A DNA stretch of 64,000 nucleotides from Gemmatimonadales bacterium (GCA_041580775.1 JBFGDF010000002.1:3708-67707); one strand, 5' to 3'; counted from the first letter of the stretch, positions 37,770 through 47,242 are shown. The notes: generated from the sequence alone by a model not told the origin. Numbers and translations: made by a program.

Positions 37770-39347
37770 TCAGCGTCGTTCGGCCTGCTGGAGCAGTGTG
37801 CGGACGCGAGTCGCCGGGACGCCCAGGTTCGAGCCGCCGAATTCCGGCAGGATGGCGGCGTTCACCGCGAGGACCTCGCCCTTCACCGACAGCACCGGCC
37901 CGCCGCTGCCGCCCACCGTCGTTTCGGCGTCGTACACGACGGCGTCGCTGCTGACCTGGCTCACGATGCCACGGCTCGCCAGCGGCGAAATCAAGCCTGC
38001 CTGGGCGAGTCGGGCGCCGAGGGCCCAGAAATCGAGGTCGTCCCGTTGTCGCAGCTCGGCGAGCACGCGCTGGTCCGCGCGCACCATCAGCCCGCGGATG
38101 CCGAGCGGGTATCCGAGGACGACCACTTCGTCGCCCGGCCGCGGCCGGTCGTCGGACAGGGGGAGCACGGGGAATCCGCGCCCGGGCGTGGCGCTCCGCA
38201 GCACGGCAAGGTCGGCGCTGTCGCTCGTGGCGACGAGCTGCAGCGTGAGCGGCTCCGCCTGATCGGGTAGATAGGCCACCAGCCGTCGCATCACCGGGGC
38301 CCAGCCCTGCGCCGCCACACGGATGGCCGCCTCGTCGAAACGCCATGGCTCGGCCACGTGCCGGTTGGTGAGGAGGTAGCCCGGTCCGCCGACGGCGAAG
38401 CCCGTGCCCGTGAAGAGCGCCTCCAGCATCGGTTGGCTCGTATCCGTCGTCACCAGGGGCTCGCCCCCGGGACCGCGCACGGGTGCGCCGTCGGGTCCCA
38501 CGATGACGCGCAGCGGCTGTCCGGTCCGCGGATCGACGAACCCCCACGATCCCTGAATGAACACGGTGGAGCGCGTCGCGGCCGCGATCACCAGCCGCGT
38601 GGCCGCCGACTGGCCCTCGAGCTCGCGGACCCGGCGGGCCGTCTCCGACAGCGTGGCCTGCACCTCGTCGAGCGCCTGCCCCAGCTCGACTGGGGTGCGC
38701 GGGTTCTCGCCCCCCTGGCCGGCCAACAGCTCGGCGAGGCCCGAGACGCGGCCCCGTTCCTCGGCCAAGCGCCGCTCCAGCACCACCGCGCGCCACGCCA
38801 GGCCGACGATCGCCACGAGGAGGACGGCGAGGGTGGCGAACGCCCCGACGCGCACGAGCCAGGACGTCTGCGTCAGCAACTCGCGGGGCACCGCGCGGGC
38901 GAGGAACGACGCCCGACGTACGACCCCGATCCCCTGGGAGCTGTCCAGACAGTCGTTCAACGCTTCGCTCACGCGCTTGTACGGCCCACGCGCGGGGCCG
39001 AAGAGCCGGAAACGCAGCAGCGGACCCCCACGACCGATTTCGAGTACATCGCCGGAGGCGAGCACGCGGCGGTCCACGGGATCGCCGTTGACGAAGATCT
39101 CCTTGCCGGGCGCGACATCCAGCTCGTACAGCCCCCCCTGCTGGCGCAGCAACCCGTATTCTTCGGGCGGGACCTCGCCCGGGTCCGTAGCGAGGCGGAC
39201 TTCCGCCCCGGGGAACGTCCCAATCCGGAGATACTCGCCGGTGAGACGCTGCGTCTCGCCGCGCCGCCGACCGGAGAGGAACGTGACGACGGGAACGGGG
39301 ATCTCGTCGGACGCCGCAGACGATTGGGGTGGTGGAGTCTCGTCCAT
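37770..39347 (-). CDS. FHA domain - transmembrane helix - coiled coil - trypsin-like (S1) serine protease
   Basis: 525 aa. FHA is shown by LRIGTFPGAEVRL...GLYELDVAPGKEIFVNGDPV...GDVLEIG. The TM helix is WLVRVGAFATLAVLLVAIVGLAW. Catalytic-triad contexts are LLTNRHVAEPW, SADLAVLR and VGGSGGPVL. Confidence 0.85.
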   Translation of the reverse strand: MDETPPPQSSAASDEIPVPVVTFLSGRRRGETQRLTGEYLRIGTFPGAEVRLATDPGEVPPEEYGLLRQQGGLYELDVAPGKEIFVNGDPVDRRVLASGDVLEIGRGGPLLRFRLFGPARGPYKRVSEALNDCLDSSQGIGVVRRASFLARAVPRELLTQTSWLVRVGAFATLAVLLVAIVGLAWRAVVLERRLAEERGRVSGLAELLAGQGGENPRTPVELGQALDEVQATLSETARRVRELEGQSAATRLVIAAATRSTVFIQGSWGFVDPRTGQPLRVIVGPDGAPVRGPGGEPLVTTDTSQPMLEALFTGTGFAVGGPGYLLTNRHVAEPWRFDEAAIRVAAQGWAPVMRRLVAYLPDQAEPLTLQLVATSDSADLAVLRSATPGRGFPVLPLSDDRPRPGDEVVVLGYPLGIRGLMVRADQRVLAELRQRDDLDFWALGARLAQAGLISPLASRGIVSQVSSDAVVYDAETTVGGSGGPVLSVKGEVLAVNAAILPEFGGSNLGVPATRVRTLLQQAERR

Positions 39348-39484
39348 CGTGTGGAACAGTAGTCAGCGAATCGGGGTGCGGTAAGGCCGCCCGCACGATG
39401 CCTCCGGCGGTTCCCTTGCTCCCGACACCGCCAGGGGAGTATTGTCTGGTCCCTCGGACCCACACGCCCGCAGACCAGGATGCC

Positions 39485-40573
39485 ATGCAACGGTTCCCCG
39501 CGTTCGATCCACCGGAGTACCTCAACTGGGAGGCGGAGCCCGCGCTTGTCGAGGCGTTCGGACGCGCGTGGACAGCGGACGAGGCCCGGCGGGCCGTCGT
39601 GGATGGACTGCGGGCGGAGCAGCTGTTGGCGCTCTACGCGGGGATGGTGCGCACCCGGCTCCACGACGTGATGCTGAAGCGCTGGGTCCGCCAGGGGGTG
39701 ATCTCGAAAGCGTGGCTGGGCACGGGCGAAGAAGCCACGACGGTTGGGCCCGTGCACGCGCTCGATCGCGCGCGCGACGTAGTGGCCCCCATGATCCGCA
39801 ATGCCGGCGCCTGCTGTGAGATGGGCGTGTCGCTGACCGCGATGCTGGGCGGCTACCTCGGTACCGAGGACGCGCCGTCTCGTGGGCGGGACGGGCATGT
39901 GGGCGATTTCACCCACCGCGTGCTCCAGCCGGTGTCCACCATCGGGAACATGCCGCCGGTCGCGACGGGCATCGCGCTGGCGTCCGCGATCCGCAGCGAG
40001 GGACGCGTGGTGCTCACGTGGATCGGCGACGGCTCGGTGAACGCCGGACCGACCCATGAGGCGTTCAACTTCGCGGCCGTCATGCGCCTGCCGGTGATCT
40101 TCATCATTCAGAACAACCAGGTGGCGCTCGGCACGCGAGTAGAGGTGCACCGCCTCCCCGCGGATTTCCGGGACCTGCACCGCGCCTATGGGTGTGCGGG
40201 GTGGTCGTTCGACGGCAACAACGTGCTCGACGCCTACGCCGCCACCGCGCTTGCGGCCGAGCGGTGCCGGCGCGGTGAGGGGCCGGTCATGCTGGACGCG
40301 GAGACCTTCCGCATGGGTGGACACGCGACCCACGACGAGCAGGAAGCGCGTGTCGTACTGGCGCCTGAGCTGTTCGCACACTGGGGGAAGCGCGATCCGA
40401 TCGGGTTGTTCGAGGAGTGGCTGAAGGGACGCGGGGTTGCGGAGGCAGCGCTGGCGGACATCGAGCAGCGGGTGAACGACGAGGTCGACCGCGCAGCCGA
40501 GGAGGCGCTCGCGAGCCGCGCGCGACGGACCCCCAAGCCCGAGAGCGCGCTGGAGGGCGTCTATGCGGAGTAG
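39485..40573 (+). CDS. Thiamine-diphosphate-dependent 2-oxoacid dehydrogenase E1 alpha-subunit-like protein
   Basis: ATG at 39485 (MQRFPAFDPPEY...). The TPP motif is GDGSVNAGPTHEAFNFAAVMRLPVIFIIQNN. The sequence also contains FRMGGHATHD. Confidence 0.85.
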   Translation: MQRFPAFDPPEYLNWEAEPALVEAFGRAWTADEARRAVVDGLRAEQLLALYAGMVRTRLHDVMLKRWVRQGVISKAWLGTGEEATTVGPVHALDRARDVVAPMIRNAGACCEMGVSLTAMLGGYLGTEDAPSRGRDGHVGDFTHRVLQPVSTIGNMPPVATGIALASAIRSEGRVVLTWIGDGSVNAGPTHEAFNFAAVMRLPVIFIIQNNQVALGTRVEVHRLPADFRDLHRAYGCAGWSFDGNNVLDAYAATALAAERCRRGEGPVMLDAETFRMGGHATHDEQEARVVLAPELFAHWGKRDPIGLFEEWLKGRGVAEAALADIEQRVNDEVDRAAEEALASRARRTPKPESALEGVYAE

Positions 40574-41711
40574 GTGGCTGCCACTCTGCGCCGCCGTGGC
40601 GCTGCTGGTGGCGTGCGACGCCGGCGATGGGCGGGCTGGCATCGCCCCCGACAGCGGCTACGCGATGCAACGCGTCGGCGGCAACGCACTCGTCCTCCCA
40701 CGCGGGTTCCGGATCACCGTCTTCGCCGAGGGACTCGATGGCGTGCGGTTCCTCACCGTCGGTCCGGACGGGAACATCTACGCCAGCCAACCCCGGGCGG
40801 GGCGCGTCGTGCGGCTCGAGGATGGGGACGGCGACGGGCGCGCCGACACGACGGTGACCGTGATCGACGGGCTGCAGAACCCGCACGGCCTCGCCTTTCG
40901 TGCCGATACGCTGTACGTGGCGGAGGAGCACCGCGTGGTGCGCTTTGTCCCGCCGGACGGCGCCCTCCAGGTGGTTGTGGCCGACCTGCCGGAAGGCGGG
41001 CATTGGACTCGGACCGTGATCTTCCACGGCGACACGATGTTCGTGTCCGTCGGATCGAGCTGCAACCTGTGCGACGAGCGCGATCCCCGGCGGGCGGCGG
41101 TGACGCGGTTCTGGCCGGATGGATCGGGCGAAATGCGTTTTGTCACGGGGCTCCGCAACGCCGTCGGGCTGGCGGTGCACCCGGAGACGGGGGAGATCTG
41201 GGCGACCAACAACGACCGCGATCGACTCGGTGACGACCTGCCGCCCGATCGGGTGAACGTCTTGCGCGAGGGCGGGTGGTATGGCTGGCCCGTCTGCTAC
41301 CTGCCGGACACCCCGAACCCGGAGTATCGCGCCCAGGCGGCGCGCTGTACCGACGCGATCGGTCCGGCCGTCGTGCTGCCCGCGCACACGGCCCCCCTCG
41401 GCCTCGCGTTCTATACGGGGACGCAGTTCCCGCAGGCGTACCACGGGGATCTGTTCGTGGCGCTGCACGGATCCTGGGACCGGTCGTTCCCCGTCGGGTA
41501 CAAAGTGGTGCGTGTGCCAATGGATGGCGGACGGGCCGCGGGCGCGCCGGAGGATTTCATCGTCGGCTGGCAGATCGGGCGGCGATCGTGGGGGCGGCCG
41601 GTCGACGTCCTAGTCGCCCCCGACGGGGCCTTGCTGATTTCGGATGACTCTGGGGGAAAGGTGTATCGAGTGTGGTGGGGTGGGGAGGGAGCGCAGACGG
41701 CCAGCCAATGA
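40563..41711 (+). CDS. PQQ-dependent sugar (glucose/sorbosone) dehydrogenase-like beta-propeller lipoprotein
   Basis: 382 aa with a lipobox (LLVACDAG). It carries LQNPHGLAF, VSVGSSCNLCDE, GLRNAVGLAVHPETGEIWATNNDRD and GGWYGWP. Confidence 0.85.
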   Translation: MRSRWLPLCAAVALLVACDAGDGRAGIAPDSGYAMQRVGGNALVLPRGFRITVFAEGLDGVRFLTVGPDGNIYASQPRAGRVVRLEDGDGDGRADTTVTVIDGLQNPHGLAFRADTLYVAEEHRVVRFVPPDGALQVVVADLPEGGHWTRTVIFHGDTMFVSVGSSCNLCDERDPRRAAVTRFWPDGSGEMRFVTGLRNAVGLAVHPETGEIWATNNDRDRLGDDLPPDRVNVLREGGWYGWPVCYLPDTPNPEYRAQAARCTDAIGPAVVLPAHTAPLGLAFYTGTQFPQAYHGDLFVALHGSWDRSFPVGYKVVRVPMDGGRAAGAPEDFIVGWQIGRRSWGRPVDVLVAPDGALLISDDSGGKVYRVWWGGEGAQTASQ

Positions 41712-41713
41712 GC

Positions 41714-41755
41714 GGTCGGTGGGCCGGAGGCGAAGGCACTCGCGGCCCGCCGACC
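41714..41755 (+). terminator. 13-bp GC-rich stem-loop directly after the dehydrogenase stop (no T-tract)
   Basis: GGTCGGTGGGCCG (41714-41726) pairs with CGGCCCGCCGACC (41743-41755), including one G-U pair. The tandem octamer TCTGACCG x2 follows at 41757-41772. Confidence 0.4.
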
Positions 41756-41804
41756 ATCTGACCGTCTGACCGTCGAGACGTTAACCCAGCACAGGGAGTG
41801 ACGC

Positions 41805-42572
41805 ATGATGCTTCGGTTCGTGAAGCAGACCCCAGTGATCGCGGCGGGGATCGGGCTCCTGGCCGTGGTCCTCGCGGCCGGGCGCGGCCCGGCAGACATT
41901 CATGGCGAGTGGGTCACGTACGCGGGGCGCGGTGGCGACTCGGTCACGGCGTACGTCGCCTATCCGGAGCGCCCGGACCCGGCGCCTGCAGTGATCGTGA
42001 TCCACGAGATCTTCGGGCTCTCGGAGTGGGTCCGGTCGGTCGCCGACTCGCTCGCGGTTGCCGGGTTCGTGGCGATCGCGCCCGACCTCCTGTCCCGTCG
42101 CGGGGGCACGGATGCCCAGGCCAACGCGCGGCAGGCCATCGGCACGCTACCGCCGGATTCGGTCACGATCGATCTCGACGCGACGGCCGCGTATCTGCGG
42201 ACGCTCAAGGCGGTGCGCGGCGACGCGATCGGCGTGATCGGGTTCTGCTGGGGCGGGGGCCAGAGCTTCCGGTACGCGACTGACAATCCGGATCTCAAGG
42301 CGGCAGTCGTGTGCTACGGCCCGGCGCCGGATCTGGCGACCGTCGGGCGCATTCGGGCCCCGGTGTTCGGGGTGTACGGCGAGAACGACGCCCGCATCAA
42401 CGCCGGCCTGCCGGACACGGAGCGGGCGATGCAGGCAGCCGGCAAGCGCTACACGAAGACGATCTATCCCGGCACGGGACACGGGTTCCTGCGCACTCGT
42501 GAGCCGGCCGACGTCACGGCGGGGGCGTGGCGAGATATCGTCAGATTCCTGGGGGCAGAGCTGCAGCGGTAG
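41805..42572 (+). CDS. Dienelactone hydrolase family protein, secreted
   Basis: 255 aa. It carries VIVIHEIFGLSEW, GVIGFCWGG (nucleophile Cys) and YPGTGHGF. Confidence 0.85.
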   Translation: MMLRFVKQTPVIAAGIGLLAVVLAAGRGPADIHGEWVTYAGRGGDSVTAYVAYPERPDPAPAVIVIHEIFGLSEWVRSVADSLAVAGFVAIAPDLLSRRGGTDAQANARQAIGTLPPDSVTIDLDATAAYLRTLKAVRGDAIGVIGFCWGGGQSFRYATDNPDLKAAVVCYGPAPDLATVGRIRAPVFGVYGENDARINAGLPDTERAMQAAGKRYTKTIYPGTGHGFLRTREPADVTAGAWRDIVRFLGAELQR

Positions 42573-42617
42573 GTGACACGGGGAGCTGGCGAGACGGCGG
42601 ATCGGGCGAACGCAACG

Positions 42618-42643
42618 GGCGGCATCCCCATCGGGGTGCCGCC
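42618..42643. terminator. Hairpin between convergent genes (possible bidirectional terminator)
   Basis: GGCGGCATCCCC-ATC-GGGGTGCCGCC forms 11 bp with one bulged T. Confidence 0.4.
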
Positions 42644-42729
42644 TCGCGACTCGAGCCGCCCACCGCCAGCCGTCCTTCCGTCTCGCCGTCGCTTCGTGCT
42701 TCGGGCGCCTACGGCGGTTCGCTCACCGC

Positions 42730-44082
42730 CTAATTCGCGTAGGTCACCAGCCCGAGCACCGCGCGCCAGGTCGGCGCCGCGAGGAAGAACAGCACGACGA
42801 GGAGCACGACCGGGGCCACGTAGCGCACGAGCGTCGCCCACGCCCCGCGCCAATCGGGGTTGGGGAGCCCTTGGGCCAGTTCGGCGTCGGCCTGCGGCAG
42901 CAGCTTGTAGCCGACCAGCAGCGCGGTGAAAAAGCCGCCCACCAGCAGCAGGAACTGCCCGAATAGCGCGTCCAGGTTGCCAAGAAAGGTCGTATTGAAG
43001 GCAGCCGGCAGGCCCAGCACCGCGATCATGACCCCGGCCCCGACGGCCGCCGGCCGCCGGTGCCAACCAAGCCCGTCCACGAGCGCCGCCACGACCACCT
43101 CGAGCAACGAAATCGCCGACGTCAGCGCGGCGAAGAGCAGCATGACGAAGAACGCCGTGTCGATGTAGTCGCCGGTGCGGCCCAGCAGCTCGAACCCCGC
43201 GGGGAGCGAGATGAACAGCGCGCCCACGGTGCTCTCTCCCACCTGACCCAGCAGACCGAAGTTGAAGATCACCGGGAACACGATCAGGCCCGATACGAAC
43301 GCGACGCCGAAATCGGACAAGGCCACGACCGTCGCCTCGCGGGCGAGGTTCTCCTTGGACCGGAGGTAGGACGCATAGGTCATCAGCGCGCCCATGCCCA
43401 GGCTGAGCGAGAAGAACGACTGCCCCGCGGCGGCGGTGAGGATTTCCCGGTTGAAGAGCTTCGCCGGATCGGGTCGCAAGTAGTACGCGTAGCCCCCGCC
43501 CCCGTTCGGCAGGGTGATCGCCCACACGGCGAGGCCCACCAGAATGAGGAACAGCATGGGCATCAGCACGAGGTTGGCGCGCTCGAGCCCGGCCTTCACG
43601 CCGCCGGCGACGACGAAGATCGTCGCGGTCATGAAGACCAGATGGTAGATCGCGGCATCGGTCCCCTGGGAGACTTCGGCGAAGTACGCTCCGGTATCCG
43701 AGGGGATCGCATTGCGGATCGCGTCGATCGCATAGCGCATGGTCCAGCCGGCAATCACCGAGTAGTAGGCGAGAATGCCGACGCCGCAGAGAATGAACAT
43801 CCACCCGAGCGGTCCCCAGGCGTTACCGCCGAGCCGGCGGATGGCCCGGGCCGGCGACTCCTGCGAGAGCCGCCCGACGATGAACTCGGAGGTCATCAGG
43901 GGCAGCCCAACGAGCGCCACGATGATCAGGTAGATCAGGACGAACGCGGCACCCCCGCCCTCCGACGCCTTATAGGCAAACCGCCACATGTTGCCCAGCC
44001 CGACCGCCGACCCGACGGCCGACAGGATGAAGCCTGCTCGGGTCGCCCACGAACCGCGTGCGCTCGAACCGGGTGTGGTCAC
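42730..44082 (-). CDS. Neurotransmitter:sodium symporter (NSS/SNF) family transporter
   Basis: 450 aa. It carries GFILSAVGSAVGLGNMWRFAYKASEGGGAAFVLIYL, the signature of NSS TM1. Confidence 0.92.
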   Translation of the reverse strand: MTTPGSSARGSWATRAGFILSAVGSAVGLGNMWRFAYKASEGGGAAFVLIYLIIVALVGLPLMTSEFIVGRLSQESPARAIRRLGGNAWGPLGWMFILCGVGILAYYSVIAGWTMRYAIDAIRNAIPSDTGAYFAEVSQGTDAAIYHLVFMTATIFVVAGGVKAGLERANLVLMPMLFLILVGLAVWAITLPNGGGGYAYYLRPDPAKLFNREILTAAAGQSFFSLSLGMGALMTYASYLRSKENLAREATVVALSDFGVAFVSGLIVFPVIFNFGLLGQVGESTVGALFISLPAGFELLGRTGDYIDTAFFVMLLFAALTSAISLLEVVVAALVDGLGWHRRPAAVGAGVMIAVLGLPAAFNTTFLGNLDALFGQFLLLVGGFFTALLVGYKLLPQADAELAQGLPNPDWRGAWATLVRYVAPVVLLVVLFFLAAPTWRAVLGLVTYAN

Positions 44083-44729
44083 GTCATGCCCTCCGCGTTC
44101 GGTGCTGTCGGTGAACTGGGGGTCCGCGCGCGGGACGCCCCGATTGCGTCCCAGGCGGCCTCGATGACTTGCGCAATCGCCGGGTCATCGGGTTTCCAAG
44201 TGCCGCGGGCCGTGCGGTCCAGCACGAGCTCGATCAGTCGGAGCCAGAGCTCCGCATGCAGTTCCGCCGCCCCGGGCCTGATCTCGCCGCCGGCCTTTCC
44301 GGCGGCGACGAGCTTCTCGAGCTCGGCGCGCAGCTCCCGCAGGGCGGTGCGACTCCGCTCGTCCACCCGGGCCGTAAACGTGTCGCTGAACACGAGCCGG
44401 ACCAACGCGGGCTCGCGCGCCGCGATGTCCCGCCAGCGCCGGGCGACACCCTCGAGCCGCGCCCGGCACCCGCCGCGCGCGTCGCTCTCCTTGAGCGCCG
44501 CCACGAACAGCCGCACGCCGGCCCGGTACACCTCGTTCAGGAGTTCGTCCTTGCTCGCGAAATGCCGGTAGATCGTGCCTTCGGCGACGCCCGCCCGCGT
44601 GGCGATCAGTGGGGTGGTGGTCTCGTGATACCCCCGGGTGGTGAACAGCTCCAGCGCCGCGCGCGCGAGGCGGTCGCGGGTGTGGCGCGGGTTGCGCTTC
44701 CGGGCGGGAACGGTGGGCGGGTGTGCCAA
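44079..44729 (-). CDS. TetR-family transcriptional regulator
   Basis: 216 aa with a TTG start in the track. The HTH is RDRLARAALELFTTRGYHETTTPLIATRAGVAEGTIYRHFASKDELL. The stop overlaps the NSS gene start by 4 nt. Confidence 0.85.
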   Translation of the reverse strand: MAHPPTVPARKRNPRHTRDRLARAALELFTTRGYHETTTPLIATRAGVAEGTIYRHFASKDELLNEVYRAGVRLFVAALKESDARGGCRARLEGVARRWRDIAAREPALVRLVFSDTFTARVDERSRTALRELRAELEKLVAAGKAGGEIRPGAAELHAELWLRLIELVLDRTARGTWKPDDPAIAQVIEAAWDAIGASRARTPSSPTAPNAEGMT

Positions 44730-44841
44730 GGCGCCCCAGGATACACCCGCGGTCGTGCGGGCTCAAGGCGCCCATTCCCGGGGTTCACGCCCCCGTCTAT
44801 CTTTCCGGGCCGTCCGGGGACGGGCAATGCGGAGTAACTCT

Positions 44842-45984
44842 ATGCGAATGTTGATTTTGGGTGCCGGTCTGCAGGGCTCGGCTTGCGCCTGGGACCTGTT
44901 GCGCACGACGGACGCCGAAGTGACCCTAGCGGATCAGAATCCCGATGCCCTCCCGGGGTTCCTCAAGGGCGAAAAGAGCAAGCGGCTCTCACTCGTAAAA
45001 TTCGATGCCCGCGATCTGGAAGCGGCCGCGAAGCTGCTGCGTGGTCAGCAGGCGGTGATGAGCGCGCTGCCCTACTACTTCAACGGGACGATGGCGCGCC
45101 TCGCGCTCGAGTACGGCGTGCATTTCTCCGACCTCGGCGGCAACACGGAGATCGTGCGCGAGCAACAGCAGCTCGACGCCCGGGCCCGCGAGAAGAAAGT
45201 CTCCATCATGCCCGACTGCGGTCTGGCGCCCGGCATGGTGAACATCCTCGCCGCTGAGGGCATCCGGCGGCTCGACCGCGTCCACGCCGTCCGGCTCTAC
45301 GTGGGTGGGCTGCCGCAGGCCCCGAAACCGCCGCTCAACTACAACATCGTGTATTCCCTCGAGGGCGTGCTGGATTACTACACGACACCCTCCTGGGTGC
45401 TGCGGGACGGCGCACCGGTGATGGTGGAAGCGCTCTCCGAGATCGAGTCCGTCGAGTTCCCGGAACCGGTCGGCCGGCTGGAGGCGTTCCACACGGCGGG
45501 AGGCATCTCGACCATGCCGTGGGAATTCTCGGAGCGCGTGGGAACGATGGAATACAAGACGCTGCGATACCCGGGGCACGCCGACATCATGCGGGCCATT
45601 CGCGAGCTTGGCCTGCTGGATCTCGACCCCATCGCCGTCGATGGCAGCACGGTGCGTCCTCGCGACGTCTTCGTGGCGCTGGTCAACCCCAAATTGCGGC
45701 GCCCGGAGGTCAAGGATCTCGTGGCGCTCAAGGTGGTGGTGGAAGGAACGAAGGGCGAGGCACCCAAGACCGTGACGTTCGAGCTGGTCGACTACTTCGA
45801 CGGGGAGCACGGCATCAGCGCCATGGAGCGCACGACCGGATACTCGCTCTCGATCACGGGCCAGATGCAGGCCGGCGGGCGCGTGGAACGGTTCGGCGTG
45901 ACGACCGCGTGGGAAGGCATGCCCTTCGAGCCGTACGTCAAGGCGCTGGCCAAGCGGGGCATCCGGATTCAGGAACGCGCGTAA
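44842..45984 (+). CDS. Saccharopine dehydrogenase-like NAD(P)-binding oxidoreductase
   Basis: ATG at 44842 (MRMLILGAGLQGSACAWDLL) gives a Rossmann motif at the N-terminus. ATG 44827 and 44848 are alternative starts. Confidence 0.85.
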   Translation: MRMLILGAGLQGSACAWDLLRTTDAEVTLADQNPDALPGFLKGEKSKRLSLVKFDARDLEAAAKLLRGQQAVMSALPYYFNGTMARLALEYGVHFSDLGGNTEIVREQQQLDARAREKKVSIMPDCGLAPGMVNILAAEGIRRLDRVHAVRLYVGGLPQAPKPPLNYNIVYSLEGVLDYYTTPSWVLRDGAPVMVEALSEIESVEFPEPVGRLEAFHTAGGISTMPWEFSERVGTMEYKTLRYPGHADIMRAIRELGLLDLDPIAVDGSTVRPRDVFVALVNPKLRRPEVKDLVALKVVVEGTKGEAPKTVTFELVDYFDGEHGISAMERTTGYSLSITGQMQAGGRVERFGVTTAWEGMPFEPYVKALAKRGIRIQERA

Positions 45985-46060
45985 CGCCGCCTGACGCGCT
46001 CCCCGTAGCTCGACCCGGCGGCCGTCTGGCGGCCGGGCCGGCCCCCTCGGACCCCGCCGA

Positions 46061-47242
46061 TCAGAACGGCCATTTCCAGTGGGCGAAGATGACGCCGCCC
46101 TCAGGCCCCGCCGCCGCCGTCAGCCCGAGGATCGCGGTCTCGGAGAGCAGGGTCACGAACAGACCGCCGCCGCCTCCCACCTTGAGGGCGTCGGTCGTGA
46201 GTCGAAAGGCGCCCGCCGGAAACACCCGCCCGACGTCCAGGAACGCCACGAGCACCGTGCGCAGGCCGTAGGGGATGAGGGCGTAGCGCACGTCCAGGTT
46301 GCCGAGCAGCTTGTCGGCATCCGCGAACCGATTCCAGTACAGTGCCCGATGGGAATCCGCGCCGCCGAGGCCGGTGAACGGTGCATCGCTCGCCTCGAAC
46401 CGGAAGAACGACCCGAGGCGCGGCGTCCCGCCCATGGACTCGCCCGCGATCCGGGCCGCCACCCCCCATCGGTCCGTGAACGCGTGGTACCCGCGGAGAC
46501 TCACGGTGGTGCGGGTGTAGGTCAGGTCGCCCGCCACGTCTGCGTCGGCGACGGCATGCAGGGCTTCGAGCAGGACGCCGTTTTGCGGTGCCGCCTCGCG
46601 GTCGCGCGTATCGACGATGAGCCCCACTCGCGCGCTCACGTCGGCCGTCCCGACAGCGATCCGCGGGTCGACCCCCGCCGTCAGATCGGTCGCGAGTTGG
46701 CTCGTGGCGCGGAGCGTGTCGAGATACCAGTGCTCGGCATGCCAGCCGACGAGCGCGCGCAGCGGCCCCACAATGGTCCGCTGGATGTCGCCGCGTACGT
46801 AGTTGCGGACCTGCACCATGCGGTAGAAGAGGTCTTCCCCCGTCGCCTCGTCCTGACCGTCGGTCGTCGTATTGCCGATCCCGAAGTACGGCTGACGGTT
46901 CCGATGCGTGGCCGCCAGGGTCAGGCGGAAGCGCCACCCCGGCGCCAAGGCCGGCGCCCAGCCGTCGAGCCGGAGGTGGCGGGTTCCGGAAGCCGAGATC
47001 TGGCCATCCAGCGACGCAATGAAGCGATGGGGAGCCGCCGTGCGATCCGCGTAGCGGGTCGGTAGCGAGACGGCAAAGTAGGCGCCGGCCGTCACGCCCT
47101 CGCGGGCGGTCCAGAAGACCTTGGGATAGAACAGGTCCCGCCAGTCGGAGCCCGGCGGAAAGATGTTCGGCAACTGCGCCGCCGCCGGCGAGACCGCGGT
47201 GCCCAGCCACAGCGCGGCGAGTGCCGAGGCGCGACGAATCAC
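46061..47242 (-). CDS. Outer-membrane beta-barrel protein (Omp85/bacterial surface antigen-like barrel, no obvious POTRA region)
   Basis: GTG at 47242 (VIRRASALAALWLGTAVSPAAAQ) overlaps the upstream stop as GTGA. Alternating beta-strand sequence follows, with a GGGGGLFV loop, ending in HWKWPF (C-terminal Phe). Confidence 0.65.
   Translation of the reverse strand: MIRRASALAALWLGTAVSPAAAQLPNIFPPGSDWRDLFYPKVFWTAREGVTAGAYFAVSLPTRYADRTAAPHRFIASLDGQISASGTRHLRLDGWAPALAPGWRFRLTLAATHRNRQPYFGIGNTTTDGQDEATGEDLFYRMVQVRNYVRGDIQRTIVGPLRALVGWHAEHWYLDTLRATSQLATDLTAGVDPRIAVGTADVSARVGLIVDTRDREAAPQNGVLLEALHAVADADVAGDLTYTRTTVSLRGYHAFTDRWGVAARIAGESMGGTPRLGSFFRFEASDAPFTGLGGADSHRALYWNRFADADKLLGNLDVRYALIPYGLRTVLVAFLDVGRVFPAGAFRLTTDALKVGGGGGLFVTLLSETAILGLTAAAGPEGGVIFAHWKWPF

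Noticed and set aside
32751-37954. ORFs 32751-34589 (-), 34733-36433 (-), 36072-37673 (-) and 36131-37954 (+)
   Set aside because: They are antisense or alternate-frame relative to the GGDEF, kinase, amidohydrolase and flavodoxin-like genes, all of which carry diagnostic motifs. These are high-GC shadow ORFs.
37726-40642. ORFs 37726-39525 (-, same strand as the FHA-protease but a different frame) and 38969-40642 (-)
   Set aside because: The FHA/trypsin frame has catalytic and FHA motifs. These frames give Arg/Gly/Pro-rich sequence only.
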